Program-made: the position numbers and the translations under genes
Shown: one piece after another, positions 1-14,415 of the stretch
How positions within the stretch are numbered: position 1 is the first letter of the stretch
Layout of the letters: each line of letters starts with the position of its first letter
Assembly (NCBI GenBank): GCA_963693365.1
Contig: CAVNZM010000002.1
Span: 13,673,615 to 13,737,614, forward strand
Reading direction: 5' to 3'
Length of the DNA: 64,000 bases
DNA from: Amoebidium appalachense
Lineage: Eukaryota > Protista > Ichthyosporea
Notes under the pieces: generated by a model
What the model saw: the letters and a program-made list of their open reading frames with translations, nothing else
What the model was told of the DNA's origin: nothing
Databases searched by the model: none

Positions 1-485
1 ACACGTACCGAAAGCCAAACCGGAAACCTGGGCCGTTTCATACGCCCCCACCACTTCTTTGTTTTCAGCTCGACCCAATAGGAGAAGTCACATTCGCTAG
101 GTGTGAGCTGTGAAAGCAACCCAACCAACCGGAAAACGTGGCGACTTTTTGGGTATGTTTCAGGGATGGGCCATGCACGTGGTACTCGGGTGGACAGGGA
201 GAGAGAACAAAAGCTGCGTTCTCGGTGAACATCCAGTCACTGTTCAGGCTCAAACACAGTTCCTTGTTCAAACACGGTTTCGGCACCTGCTGGTAGTAAA
301 ATTTTAGCTCCCGCCCACACCACTCCGGTGGTATTGGTGACGGCTCTCTTCTCTCATTGCGTTTATGAAGCCTGTATACCTCCCTGTGGCTAAACGTACT
401 TGACACAGATAGCGAAAGCGATTGTGAAAAAGCAAAGACAAAGCACGCTTGCACGGACCACCGCAAGGTGAATATTTAATTCAAA

Positions 486-1062
486 ATGAGGCTGCACAAC
501 ACACAGCTTCCTTCCTATAACACATTCAACTTACGCCATGCACTTCTATGCCTCTGCCTTCTAGCATCGGCAACCTATGCCGTTCCTGTAGCACAGAGCC
601 GTGTGGTTCCAGGGGAAGAGGATGGGTTGGGCGGGCCGGGTGGGGGAATGGGGAGCGCGCAAGGAGATGCATCTCCTCCACCGGGGGGTGATCGGTTTTT
701 GGGCTGCCGAACGGGTAATTTTGCCGCGGGGCAGCAGAACAATGACTATATGTTCAGCTCCAGCCCAACGTAAGATCTCCACCATTCACACACAACCACT
801 ACTCTTTGCGTGCGTGCAAAAGGTTTCTTTCAGTCCCAAATTTGGATCATACACTTCCTCCCCCTTGCCTTTGGGTCAGAGGAGACATACGCGATATACC
901 ACGATGTTACAAAAACTCTTACTTCTCCCCCCCCCCCCCCCCCCTTCCCCCCTCTTCCCCCGAGGCTCCCCCAATCCTATTCTATTACAACACCGCCTCA
1001 TGGGGCGATTTTTGGACTCAAGGCTCTCAACATCTCCTTCCCCCCCACTCCCCTCCTCCCCC

Positions 1063-1102
<40 letters not shown>

Positions 1103-1382
1103 CCCCGCCCCCTCCACACACCGCCGCCGCTTCCCACCAACACCACCACTGTCATCACCAAACCACTCATAATCCACACACTCTCTCCCCACACAGCAAC
1201 ACCAATGCCGAGTGCGCACAGAAGTGTCGTCTGTCCAACTTTGTGGTGTCTGCCACCCATGCCACCGAGTGCCACTGCACAAACTCGCTGCCTGAAAACC
1301 AGCCCCAGGTCGGCAGGGATCAGGTGGGAGCATATGCATCTCTGATAGGTCTTTCTTGCGCGCACGCGCGTGTGTGTGTATG

Positions 1383-1426
<44 letters not shown>

Positions 1427-1462
1427 TGTGTGTTTGCGTGCGTGTGTGCGTGCGTGCGTGCG

Positions 1463-1527
<65 letters not shown>

Positions 1528-2945
1528 ACGTGTACTTCTTTTTTTGGGCCGGGGGAGGGAGGAGGGGGGGGTATTCAGCATGCAAAGTCACCAACCGTTG
1601 AAAAGTAAAAGTAACCAAGATACTAGCCGTATGTGTCTACCACGCACACTAGTTTACTAACATTTATGTCTTACAACCTCGGTCTCTCCTTTTTTATTTT
1701 TTTTTTGTCTTTTCCTTTTCTTTTTTTTTCCAGCAATCCGGTGTCCCTGGCTCCATGCGCACACCACCAAACAACCAACGCACCACTTTGGAGCAACCTC
1801 TCGCAACGCCAGGCAACATTCTCTCCGAGTCCTACTGTAATGTGTCGTGCCCCGGCACATATGTGGGAATGATGGATGGCACATGTACTGGGGCCGAGTG
1901 TTGCGGGGGGCTGGGAACAAATGCCGTACCGGCTTACAGCGTCACACTTATAGGATGTAAGTCATGTGTATGGGAAGGAGGGGTATACGGGGCTTGTTAA
2001 GGATCGGGGGGGAAGGGTGGGGGGGGGGGGGAGGGGGGGAGGGGGGAGGGAGACATTTGTAGGGGGGGGGTTTTGGGCCGGAACCTAAAAGGTAGTAAGC
2101 GCTTGCAGTATGGGTGTGCTATTGCATTTCTATTCGACAAAATGCAATCTGCATTATCCATATACGGACTACTGCTACGAATTTATACATGCACTTGTCT
2201 GTACTTCACCTTCAATTCAAGCACTAGGATACATACGCTCATTTTCACGCACTAAGATACATTAGCTTAGTCTCCCCTCCCCCCCCCCCCCCCCCCCCAA
2301 AAAAAAAAAAAAAACACGACCACCACCTTCTCCTCCTCCCACCACCACCCTCTTCCCCTCCCAAACAATTCATCCCACTCGTTTGCCCCCCTCCACCCCC
2401 CCCCCCCCCCTCCTTTTTTTTTTTTTTTGGCAGCGGTGGACGTGATGCAGCAACTTCTGGTGAGGGCAATGGACCGAGTGAGAAACGAGGGGGCTCAGCT
2501 GCTGGGACGGCCCCAGTTTTTTGGCGGTATGTACGCGGGCGCGCGTGTGTGTGTGCGTGTGCATCTGTGTATGCATGTGTGTGTGTACGTGTGTGTATGT
2601 GTGTAACGCACCCATGTCGTTTACCTAAATCGTTTTGCCATCCCCTCTCTCCCCCCCTCCTCCCCCCTCCCGCCATCACACACTCGCGAACGTCCTCCCT
2701 CTCCCCATCCCCCCCACCTTCCTCCACCCCAAAAGGGTCCCCTTCACCCCAACTCTTCTCTTTCCTCTTCTCTTGCCTTCCTCTCTTCTCCCCCTTCCTT
2801 CCCCCCGCCCCCCCTGCCGCCGCTCCCCTCCTTCATAAGCCCATATTGATCCTCTTTTTCATCTCTTTCCCCTTTTTCTCCCACCCACACAATATCTCCA
2901 GCACAGACACACATCCACACGCACACAGTGCTAGACATGCACGTA

Positions 2946-3014
<69 letters not shown>

Positions 3015-3047
3015 GCACATACACACACACACACAGCCATCTCCCCC

Positions 3048-3106
<59 letters not shown>

Positions 3107-3111
3107 ACACA

Positions 3112-3146
<35 letters not shown>

Positions 3147-3191
3147 GTACACACACACGCACCTCCCCCAACACCCACACCTCCCACAACA

Positions 3192-3222
<31 letters not shown>

Positions 3223-3522
3223 GTACACACAGACATGCCGCGGCGGCAGGCCAGCATTAAGGACTGGGGCAACCACACCATGTGGCATGGCTGGATTGAT
3301 GCCCAGGGCATTGGTGAGCCCCTCGACTACTGCAGATACGTCCCTGAGAGGCCCCAGAGGTATATAGTCTCCCGGCCCCCCCTCCCCTCCCCCCTTCCCC
3401 CCCCCCCCCCCCCTCATCTGCCCCAAATACACACACACTCCCCCCCTACATACACACACGTGCATACACACACACACACACAAACACACACACAAACACA
3501 CAAACACCCACACAAACACACA

Positions 3523-3565
<43 letters not shown>

Positions 3566-3747
3566 CTGGGCATATGTGTGCACAAACCCCCACACCTTCC
3601 GATGAGACCCTCACCCCTCTATCTCTATGAGCCATTTTCGTGGCCCATGCTTAAGCACAAACTGTCATATGCGTACAAAAAATGTGTCGTCCATATACCT
3701 CCACGCACCGGTAACGGGATCAAGTAGAAAGCACACACAAACACACA

Positions 3748-3779
<32 letters not shown>

Positions 3780-3816
3780 TTAAGTATAAAAGCACACACA
3801 CACAGACACACAGGCA

Positions 3817-3847
<31 letters not shown>

Positions 3848-3943
3848 ACACATACACACTCACGCACTTGCTTACTATTCTCGATGACAGTTTCCCCTCT
3901 CAAAACACAGCATACCCACAAACACTACCACCACCCCCCTCCC

Positions 3944-4007
<64 letters not shown>

Positions 4008-4292
4008 CTCAACTCCGTCTTCCAGTGTGCCCTAGCCACCACCAACGCTGTTCCCGATGGATACGAGCAGAGAAACGTGGTTCCCCCCTTCCTTTACATC
4101 GACAAGGTGCCTACATGGGTGGATGGGAACAAAACTTACGGCGATATGTTCGGTATAACCCCCCACCACCCTTCACCTGTCTCCCTCTCCCCCCTCACCC
4201 TCCCCCCTCCCCCCCTCCCCGCCCCCCCCCCCCACCCACACACCCACACACCCACCCACACACCCACACACCCACCCACCCAACCACCCACC

Positions 4293-4327
<35 letters not shown>

Positions 4328-4366
4328 CACCACCACCAACACCACCACCACGACGCTCCGGCGACC

Positions 4367-4400
<34 letters not shown>

Positions 4401-4817
4401 ACAAACCCCCCTTTACCGCCCCTCTTCCCTACCAGATTTAAAACTTTGGCCTCCGATACAGCCAAAATTTTCAGTGCACCTTGAATCCACTAACTAACCT
4501 ATTTAGAGACCTCATGGCAATATAAGCAGTTCCACCCATCCCTATTTGCTCCCCTCCCCCCCCTCCCTCTCCACACCTGCCCACCCACCCACCCACCCCT
4601 AACCCCCTCACGTGCACACACGATCTGTGCAAGTAAATTATGCTCATGCATCTTGTGCGTGGCAATCCACTTTTATGGCCTAATCCTCATTGGCTGTTTA
4701 TCTGTATCTCAAATCTGATTGGCTATCACTGCAGACACCATCATACCGGACAGCTGTCTGCCCCGTAACATCATCACTGACTTTGGCAGGACAGATCTTT
4801 GGCATGGATGGGTATTT

Positions 4818-4867
<50 letters not shown>

Positions 4868-5693
4868 AAAAAAAAAAGGAAAAGATAAGAAAGAAAAGCC
4901 CACCCACCCCTCTACCTGCAATTTTGCAGTCCAACCTCTTGCGAGTTTCCTCCTCCCCCCTCCCCCCTCCTCCTCCTCCTCCCCCTCCCCACTCCCTCTC
5001 TCTCGCTCCCTCACTCACTCTCCCTCTCACTCTCCCTCTCCTCCTTGCCTCCGCCTCTCTGCCATGACAGCCAAGCAACCCATGTCTATTGTACGGATTG
5101 TTTATTTCACCATACTCATAAGGGGAACCAACCATTCACCTAGGCACACAGATGGGGGTAAAGTGTGAAATAAGTCTACCTCCGTCATATACTAGTCGAG
5201 TCAGATCCAGGTTCTAAGACTTCATTAGATTTTAACACTGTGTTGTGATTGGCAGGTGGACCTGCAGGGCCAGTCCAGACCCAATGACTATTGCCGGTTT
5301 ATTGGTGGCCAGCAACCCACCCTCGGCCCCAACGGCACATCTTTCAACGTCAGCCGTGTGGACTGGAGAGTAGGAAATCCCCCCCGCCCTCACCCCCCCC
5401 CCCCCCCCCCCCCAAACAATCCAACAATCCCTTCTACCCCCTTCCCTCTACCCCCTTCCTCCTCCTCTCCCCCCCCCCCCCCCCCCCCCCGCCCCTGGCG
5501 CTCCGATGGGCAACCTCCTGACTTGCCCTACACCATTTAGCAGAAATATGTTCATTTTCTATTCCACATCGGCCCTCTACCGACCCACCTCCCCGGCCTT
5601 CGTCCCTCCACCCTCTTCCGCCCCTCTTGATCCATCACCATTCTGCCTCCCGGTGTTTCCCTCCCTCCCTCCTCCTCCGTTTATAACCCTCCA

Positions 5694-5738
<45 letters not shown>

Positions 5739-6054
5739 ACACACGTCATACACACACACACACGCACAACCCCATGCCCAAGCCCAAGCCTCACCCACAC
5801 CCCCTTCCCATGGTACCCCAAACAAAATGAAGCCCATCCTCAAATTCACCCCTGCCAACCCTATCTTCGTGCCCTTTCCCCCTCCCCCACCCCCCCCCCT
5901 CTCTCCCCCCTCCCTGCATACACCCCACTCGCCTTTTACACACACACAACAAACAACAACATACATACATGTTCACCCACTCACGGATGCAAACCCACAC
6001 ACACACAAACCCTCCCCACTTCCCCCCGGCCACCTCCCCATCTCCCTCCCCCCC

Positions 6055-6095
<41 letters not shown>

Positions 6096-6639
6096 AACAG
6101 TTTCCCAGGCCACCCACCCAGCCCCCAGGCACCATATTCCAGTGCAGCCTTGCAGGGCACACCACCCGGTCAGAGGTCAACATGACATGGCCCGAATTCC
6201 TGGCCCACCCCAACATCCAACCACTGAACCTCATGACACTGCAGCCCACATTCCTGTTTCCAAATTCCTCAGGATGCTCCGGTATGTTCCCATTTTCCGG
6301 AATTCCATAACACTATAGACCCCGCCCCCCTCCCGCCCCCCGTCCCCCTTCCTCCCCCCCCCCCTCCCCCCCCTTCTCTGCTTTCCCTGACATTGTAAGT
6401 CAATTGAATAGAACATAACATACTGGGGAGGTATGTGTGGTGTTTTGCATGAAACAGCCTAACAATCTCGCATATCTCTGTGGGAACCTACTATTCCTGT
6501 GCCCAGCTGCCACTTTCTGCACCTCCTTCCCCTTAAGCCACCCGTTTGTTCCCACACGCCTTCTCCCAGCCACCCTTGGAAGCATTCATACATGCAGTAC
6601 ACACTGTGCCGCACAAACATACCACAAAACACACACACA

Positions 6640-6725
<86 letters not shown>

Positions 6726-7528
6726 ACTCACCTAGCTCACAAACTCCCCCCCTCCCTCTCCACCTCTCCATCCCTCCCCCCCCCCCCCCCAAAAAAAAAA
6801 AAAAAAAAAAAAAAAAACACCTAACCACCCACCTCCCCATCCACCAGAGCCCCTTGCCATCACCGGGACCATGCAAGGAGGTGGGCCCTCACGTCCCAAC
6901 GTTCCGCCGGGGGGTTCCTATGGATGCACCATAAATAGATACGGCCAATACTGGTGCAGCGACGTCTTCCAACCCCCCCGTGCAAATTTCCTCGTGAGTG
7001 AAATGCGGAGGTCGGCGATAGTCATGGGTGATGCAAATATGCTCAACTCTAGGGTGGTCACCCGGTTGAATGACGTCCCGAGCAACGAGGTGACCCCCCC
7101 CCCCCCCCCCCTTTTGCCCCCCTGTGCCCCCTTCTTCTCCCACACTGAAACCCTCAACCTCTTTCTTCTTGTCTCGAGTGTTGCATGTGTGGATACATGT
7201 AGACACTGTGTACACATACACAGAAATTCCTTCTTCTGCATTAACGTGATTAGTGAACTTCTGTGGGCGGGTGGGTGGGGGGATGGGGAGGAAGGGGGGG
7301 GGTGGGGGGGGGTGGGGGGGGGGTGGGCAGCTGACTGGTTGAGGGGTAGATTGAGCTCTCAGGGGAGCAGAGAATGTGATGTCGTAAGGGCAGAGGGTAG
7401 TACGATGGGTGGCTGCAAGGAAATGGATAAAGACAAACCCGGGTCATTTAAACTCACTCCCCCTCCTCCCCCCCTCCCCCCACCCACCCACCCACCCACC
7501 TCCTCTCTCTCTTCTTCCCCCCCCCCCC

Positions 7529-7559
<31 letters not shown>

Positions 7560-8263
7560 ACACAACTCCCACCCATTCATTCACCCCCCTCCCCCTCCCC
7601 TCCCCTCCTCCCCTCCCCGGGCCCTTTCTTCCCGTCCTCCGCCCCTCCCCCCCCAGATCCTTTTCTAATCCCCCCTTTCCTTTTTATCCGATTGCTTCTT
7701 ACCCCCCACACCCCATTACCCCCAGATAAATGCTATTTTTAGCCCTGTGACGCAGATTGCCATTGCACGTGCTGCCGTGCAGGTGCAGTGGACGAGTGAG
7801 TTTGAAATAGCAACGGCCGTATCTTTTGACGTCAGCCAGCTGATCACTTATTCCGGTAATTTCAAAAGGACCCCCCAACCCAACCCAACCCCCCCAACCC
7901 CCCCCCCGAAAAAAGTAGGACCCCACAACCCTCCGCTCCCTCTCTCTGTCCATCTCCCCCCCCTTCTCCCCGCGCCTTACCCGACTCTCCCAACAGAACC
8001 CCTCCCACACACCCTCCCTCCCTCCCCTCATCCCCCCCACCCCCACCACCCCACCTGGTGCCTGACCCCCCCCACCCCCCACCCCCCCCCCCCCCCCCCC
8101 CCCCCCCCCACCCCCGGGCCTCCTCCCCCGTCTCTCTGTCCTCGCACCAAAACAAAGATAGATTTTTGTATTTTTGGTTGTGGCGTTCCCTTTCATGTTG
8201 TTTTTGGTATGCCTCCTCAAATTACCAGCCCTATTCAACTTGATCACCAATGCTAACTACCCT

Positions 8264-8296
<33 letters not shown>

Positions 8297-8570
8297 CCCC
8301 CCCCCCCCCCCCCATCAGCTCCTCCCATCCCCACACACACATACACATGCACCTGCTCTTCCAACTCAAACCCACTTTAATGTAATCACATAGCACACAC
8401 ACACGCACGCGCGCGCAAATAACGATTTTTCACGAGCATGTCTAAACCCATTTTGATGCACACACACACAACCGCGCGCGCACACACACACATACACACA
8501 AACATGTCCCCTCCCCCTCCCTCTGTCCTCCCCCTCCCCCGCCCTTTCCCCCCTCTCCCCCCGCGACACA

Positions 8571-8639
<69 letters not shown>

Positions 8640-8949
8640 GCCCAGTGGCAGGATGAGAACGTGACCAACACTATTCTGGAAACCACCACCATTTCAAAAA
8701 CAAAGTCTTTGTCCTTCAGATGGCAATGGACTTTTGCCCTGCAATTGGTAGGAATGGATTTATAATCAACGATGTCTCAAATGGGAACATCGAAAACGGT
8801 CGTGTATGTGTTGTGTGTGTGTGGGGGGGGGGGGGGAGGGGGGAGGCAGCGGGGGGGATTGGGAACGAAAGATAGAAGGTTTTTATTTAACAGGTCTCAA
8901 ATCTGGTAAAGATGGGAAGGGGGGAGAGGGGGAGGGGAGAAGGGGGGAA

Positions 8950-8980
<31 letters not shown>

Positions 8981-9663
8981 GGGGGGGGGGAAGAGTCAAG
9001 GGGAGAGTGTCTTAGAAGTATGTGCACGGATAACCTTAAAGCGACTGTGTGTCACTTCTTTGTGTTTGTGGGGGGGGGGGGGGGGGGGGGGGGGGGGTTG
9101 GGACCGAAAAATTGGTAGAATGTATTTGAAAAAGGTCAGGTGAATTTATAGTGCTTAGGAGGGTAAAGGGGGAAGAGAACGGTAAAGGGAGAAGAGGAAG
9201 GGTGGGTGGGGGGCAGGGGTGGGGGTGGTAAGGGGGAAGGGGTTTGCGGACAGGACACCTTATGAATACCGCAAAGTAGATCAAGGGAGGTAAAACAAAA
9301 CGAGAAGCCAACACTGAGCGAAAACTTACCTATAATCATGATGTGATTGCCATGCTACCCATCCACACTCAAGATTTTGGCAACCTCCTCCTACCCCTCT
9401 TTCCCCCCCCCACCCCTCCATCCCTCCACCTCCCCGTCCGCCCCTGATCCTCTCTCCTATACCCACGCAAAAGCGCATGAACTAACATCCAAATACTCTT
9501 GTCTCCCCCCCTCCATCCCCCCCCCCCCCCCCCCCCCCCCCCCGGATCTTTACACCCTCCCCTACAAACACACAACATCTACTCACCCCACGGCCTGTCA
9601 CACGTGCATCACGCACACACACACACGTGCGCGCCACCCACACCCACCCACACCCAAACCGAC

Positions 9664-9737
<74 letters not shown>

Positions 9738-10094
9738 CCTTCAACTCTCTCCCCCCCTCCCCCCCCACCACCACCACCACACACACACACACACACACAC
9801 AGACGTCCGAATATGCCTTTACTCTCACCGCGCCTAGCGGTATGCGCGCAGTAGCAACCTTCTACAAAGAATACACCCCCCTCACCATCCTATGGCGTGC
9901 CCAATACGTTATGGAGGGGGCATTGTTAGTCGAATGGAACGGAAGGAGGCGGTGGGTGGACATTTCATCTATAATGTCTGTGAGGGAGAGAAGTGTGTGG
10001 GTGTACGGCCTTTGGAGATACGATGCACGCCCGAGGATTCTAGGTGTCGCGGAGGTATAAAGCCCCCCTTCTACCTTTCACCCTTTACCTCCTC

Positions 10095-10140
<46 letters not shown>

Positions 10141-10566
10141 CCCCCCCCCTCCCCCCGGCCCCCTTGGCCTTATCCTGCGCCTACATGTACATCCCCTCCT
10201 TCTCTCTCCCTCTCTCCCTCTCTCCCTCTCTCCCCCTTTCCCTCTCTCCCTCTCTCCCTCCCTCCCCGTCCCTTGCCCTTCTCCTGAACTACATTACAAT
10301 ATTGCGAAGTGATATCGTACGTAGTTGGCTCCTTTTCATTCTTTCCCTCTATCCCCCTAGAGCACATACCAATGTAACTACGGTTCAATCCAATCTATTC
10401 AGCCCTTGGCTCCCTAGTCATGGTTCTTACCTCAATATCCGTGAACACTCCAAAGCTAATGCAACCCCTCCCCTCCCCCCCTCCCCCCTCCCCCCTCCCC
10501 TCCAAAACCCCCCCTCATTTACTTTTACACCCCAATACCTCCCCCCACCCACCCCCCCCCCCCCCC

Positions 10567-10620
<54 letters not shown>

Positions 10621-11107
10621 AAAAAAGAAGAAGAAAAAAACACACACACACAAACACACACACACACACACACAGGTATTCAACTCCACCGGTTCCCTCG
10701 TTAGTGTCTTCCCAACCGTTGGCGGAGGCGAAGAAGCCCCAACGGGGTTTTTAACCGGCATAGGGACGGGATTGGGTGTCTTTGGCGGTGCGCCTGGGGG
10801 GCCCGAAGCAGGAACTTCTGGGGGGTTGGAAGGGGCGCCGGGATTCGCTCTAGGAGCCGAAAGCGGACTGGGCGTCGGGGAGGCGGATTTGGGGCTAGGC
10901 CTAGGGGTGGCTCAGGGGTTGGGAGGCGTGGGGGCCGGGGGAATTACTGGTACGGGGGGGTTGACGACAGGTCTAGGGGGAGGTATTGGTGGATTGGGGG
11001 ATCTTGGGGCGGGAATAGGAGCAGGGCAGGGGATTGGGCTTGGTTCCCCCCTGGGTTTGGGTCAGGGGACGAATATTGGCGCAGGCGTACCGGGGTCTCT
11101 ATCGTAA
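486..11107 (+). CDS. Secreted multidomain protein (834 aa): signal peptide, WSC domain, two DxG..WHGWxDxQG...DYCR...FQC repeats, beta-rich putative aerolysin/ETX-MTX2-like region, Gly/Leu-rich tail
   Basis: Manually spliced into 14 GT-AG exons with all phases consistent: 486-769, 1197-1323, 1734-1956, 2434-2526, 3233-3359, 4007-4152, 4735-4811, 5256-5369, 6101-6281, 6848-7089, 7756-7855, 8641-8747, 9803-10054, 10676-11107 (2505 nt, ends TAA). Hydrophobic leader [18 protein letters not shown] cysteine pattern FLGC...ECAQKC...ATECHCTN...CNVSCPG...ECCGG...YSV. The gene model is strong; the aerolysin-like call is an inference from residue pattern only. Confidence 0.85.
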
Positions 11108-11936
11108 GTTTCGCTGTAATTTTGTGTCACTGCATCGGGCCTTGGTAGTTTTTCGGGGGGTTCTTGTTGGAATTCGGGCATCTGAGATGCAGTACTAAGC
11201 AGAATACTTTTGGTTTTGATCATGGGTTTATTAATGGAGTGGGTTCCCGACATGTATGTCAATTTGTGGTCAATCTGAATTTAGCACCACATAAAAGGTG
11301 TGGTTTGAAGAAAATGGGAAGGGTTAGCAAGTTGATGACATGATGACGTAGTCCATAGAGTGTGAATACTTTTTCCAAAATTCGTGTTCCAAAAATAGCA
11401 GCACAATGAATATAGCCGTAGCACTGTAGGGGCCGTATTCTTCAGGAGTGTATGTCGCCGGTGATGGCCACAGGACGCAGAAAGAAACCGCCCGAAAGAA
11501 ATAAAAAAGTTTTTTTTTTCAAAACCCCTCCAGCGTTTGAACGTGTGAGGACAGGGTAAATCATAAAGTCTGATTCCCACGTTTTCTGTTGTGTGAATTG
11601 GCCTGCGCGAAACAAAAGTGGCAGCCTGGGCTACAAACAACAAAGAGACGAGATGCACCAGCTTTTTCTTGCTTTCTTCCCTTCTTTCTTTTTTGGTCTT
11701 TTGTTGTTTGTTTGTTCTTGAAGTTTCCGGGGAGGAGTGGGGAGGAGAAAGAGAAATAGGCGAAGAGTGTATGCGTGTAAGGGGTTGCGGTGGAGGTGAG
11801 TGGGGGGAGGGGGTGCAGAGAGGGCAAAAGTACTCGAAATTAGTTAGGGAGACAATAACCTGGGGCGTCGGTGAGAGAGATATTGTGTGTGTATACGTGT
11901 GTGTGTTTTTGTGTGTGTGCTCGTATTCGTGTGTCT

Positions 11937-12007
<71 letters not shown>

Positions 12008-12453
12008 TGTGTGCGTGTGTGAGTGTGTGTACGTGTGTGTGTGTGTGTGTGTGTGTGTTTGTGTGTGTTTGTATGTGTGCTTGTTTATACACAGTTTTGT
12101 TGTTACCGTCATCATACTACATATCGTCGTCTCTTGGTTGAGTGAGTGCCAGCCCAGGAAGCCTGCAAACTTTAAAATCTGCCATCCGCACAGATCGGGC
12201 CCATATTACAGACGTGGTTTTGAACGAACACACACATCATTACTTACACTGACAAAACAATCATGCTTCCTCCCCCCCCCCCCCCCTCCCCCCTCCCCCC
12301 CCTGCCCGCGATTGTTCTCTTCTTAACTTGTTAAACACATTGAATTGCAATTAAAATATGTCCAATCGCTGTGCAAACACTGAAAACATAGTCTCGGTTG
12401 TGGCGCAAGCATGTATTTGATACATGCGTCACCTATGCAATTGGAATATCCAG

Positions 12454-12501
<48 letters not shown>

Positions 12502-12791
12502 AAAAAAAAAAAAAAGACAACCTTTTCTTTTGTCCCTCGCAATTGCTGCCTATTCGTGCTCACAACTTTATCCCCGCCCCCTTCCCCCCCTCCCCCCCTC
12601 CCCCCCCCCCCAAAAAAAAAAAGGAAAGAAAGAAAAACTCTCACACACCCCGGTGACAGGGTCTCACCCCGGGTCAGCTCTTCCTTCAAAATCCTCTCCA
12701 GATCCTTTCTGCACCGGCCCGTGGGACAGCCTCTGTTTCCACAATTTTCCATTACCACAACAACCCCCCCCCCCCCCCCCCCCCCCCCCCA

Positions 12792-12864
<73 letters not shown>

Positions 12865-13028
12865 CTTAATTCACCCCATCTTCTCCCTGTCACATGCACT
12901 TTTTGCTTTTGATTGACTCAGAACAACGACATGTAAATGCGACAGGTAAATGTATCAGCTGGGTATCCACAGAAACTCATTTTAGTTAACAATGTCAGGG
13001 TTGCAAGCCCCCCCCCCCTTCCCCCCGC

Positions 13029-13086
<58 letters not shown>

Positions 13087-13219
13087 ATACCCACCCACAC
13101 ACACACAAACACACCTTTTCCTCCTACAGACACACAACAATGTCACAGTGCCGTTGAAGCTCAAACAGTGTTTGTTGTTCCCTGGTGGATGTACGCTGCA
13201 AGTTTAAGTTTGTGTGCGT

Positions 13220-13264
<45 letters not shown>

Positions 13265-14415
13265 AAGGGGGGGGGGGGGAGGGTTCGAGATTTTAGGGGA
13301 GGGAGGGTGTTTTTTTTTTGTTTTGTTTTTTGTTTTTTTTGGGGGGGGAGGCACAATTCTCAGCAAAGAGGCTGTAGTTCTTAGGCAGTCAAATGAGCCA
13401 CCCATATCAATGCCAAAGAGGATGCATAGGGGTGCGTTTCGGAATTGCCCCATGTTTCATGTGCGATGATGTGTGGTGCTAGTGCCACGGTGCATAGTGA
13501 TGACTCGGCTGAACATAAAATTTACACCGACCCCGGATGATTGCACACTACTACTAGGACATTGTGTAACAACTAGTTCACAAAACATGAAAACGCTACG
13601 GTCCCCGGGGGGGGGGGGGGGGGGGGGGGGGGGAGGGGGGGGGAATGGAGGGAAGGAGAGAGAGGGGGAGGGGGGGGGGGGGGGGGAAGGGGGGGGGGGG
13701 GGGATTGGTTGAGCTGACCGCATTTTCTTCCTGAACGTACCGTAGTGCAACAATTAGCAGTCGGTGTGTGTGTGTGTGTGTGTGTGTGTACATGTGTGTG
13801 TACGCGTGCATCTAATTAGCATCTGCATTTACATAATAAGCGGAGCCTTGACCTAAGTAGGCGCATACATCTATGGGGAACAACTGGTACACTGGTCCGG
13901 GGTGAAGTATTTGGCTGGATGGGCCTTAGGGTAAGGGGTGCTAGAGTAGAGCTGTGTGTACGTGTGCATATGTCCATGTCTGCAGGCACGTGTGTGTGTG
14001 TGCATGCAGCTTAAGACGTGTTTTCGTACAGTATATACTTGGTATTGGCATATGAAAATTTCTGGGATGCACTTGGGGGGGGGGGGGGGGGCACAGACAC
14101 ACTATATCCGCCTGAAACCGCATCCCCGCAAATGGGGAATATACTTCTTCTATTTCAGGTGATGGTCTGGTTTTGAGGTGAATGCATTTCGCTCCCCAAT
14201 TAATGCAATACCATACTAAAACTACTTAACTAATTAATTAGTGCAATTTGAATCGGGAATATGCTTTTATTATCTACATACATTTGAGGCTGTGGGGAAG
14301 TGCCGGCACCAGGCCAACAATGATTTTAACCAATAAGGTACAGCTCTAGATAACACCGAGATATATTACAAATTACATTGCATTTCCAAAGAAAAAAAGC
14401 CCTCTGCTAAAGCAC

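Noticed and set aside
65-466. Short ORFs at the window start
   Set aside because: No recognisable product, and the position immediately upstream of the gene 1 ATG fits promoter or 5'UTR sequence.
12640-13605. Possible minus-strand exons such as KDLERILKEELTRG followed by gtgaga near 12666
   Set aside because: I could not link them into a phase-consistent gene or recognise a motif. A decayed or non-coding gene cannot be excluded.
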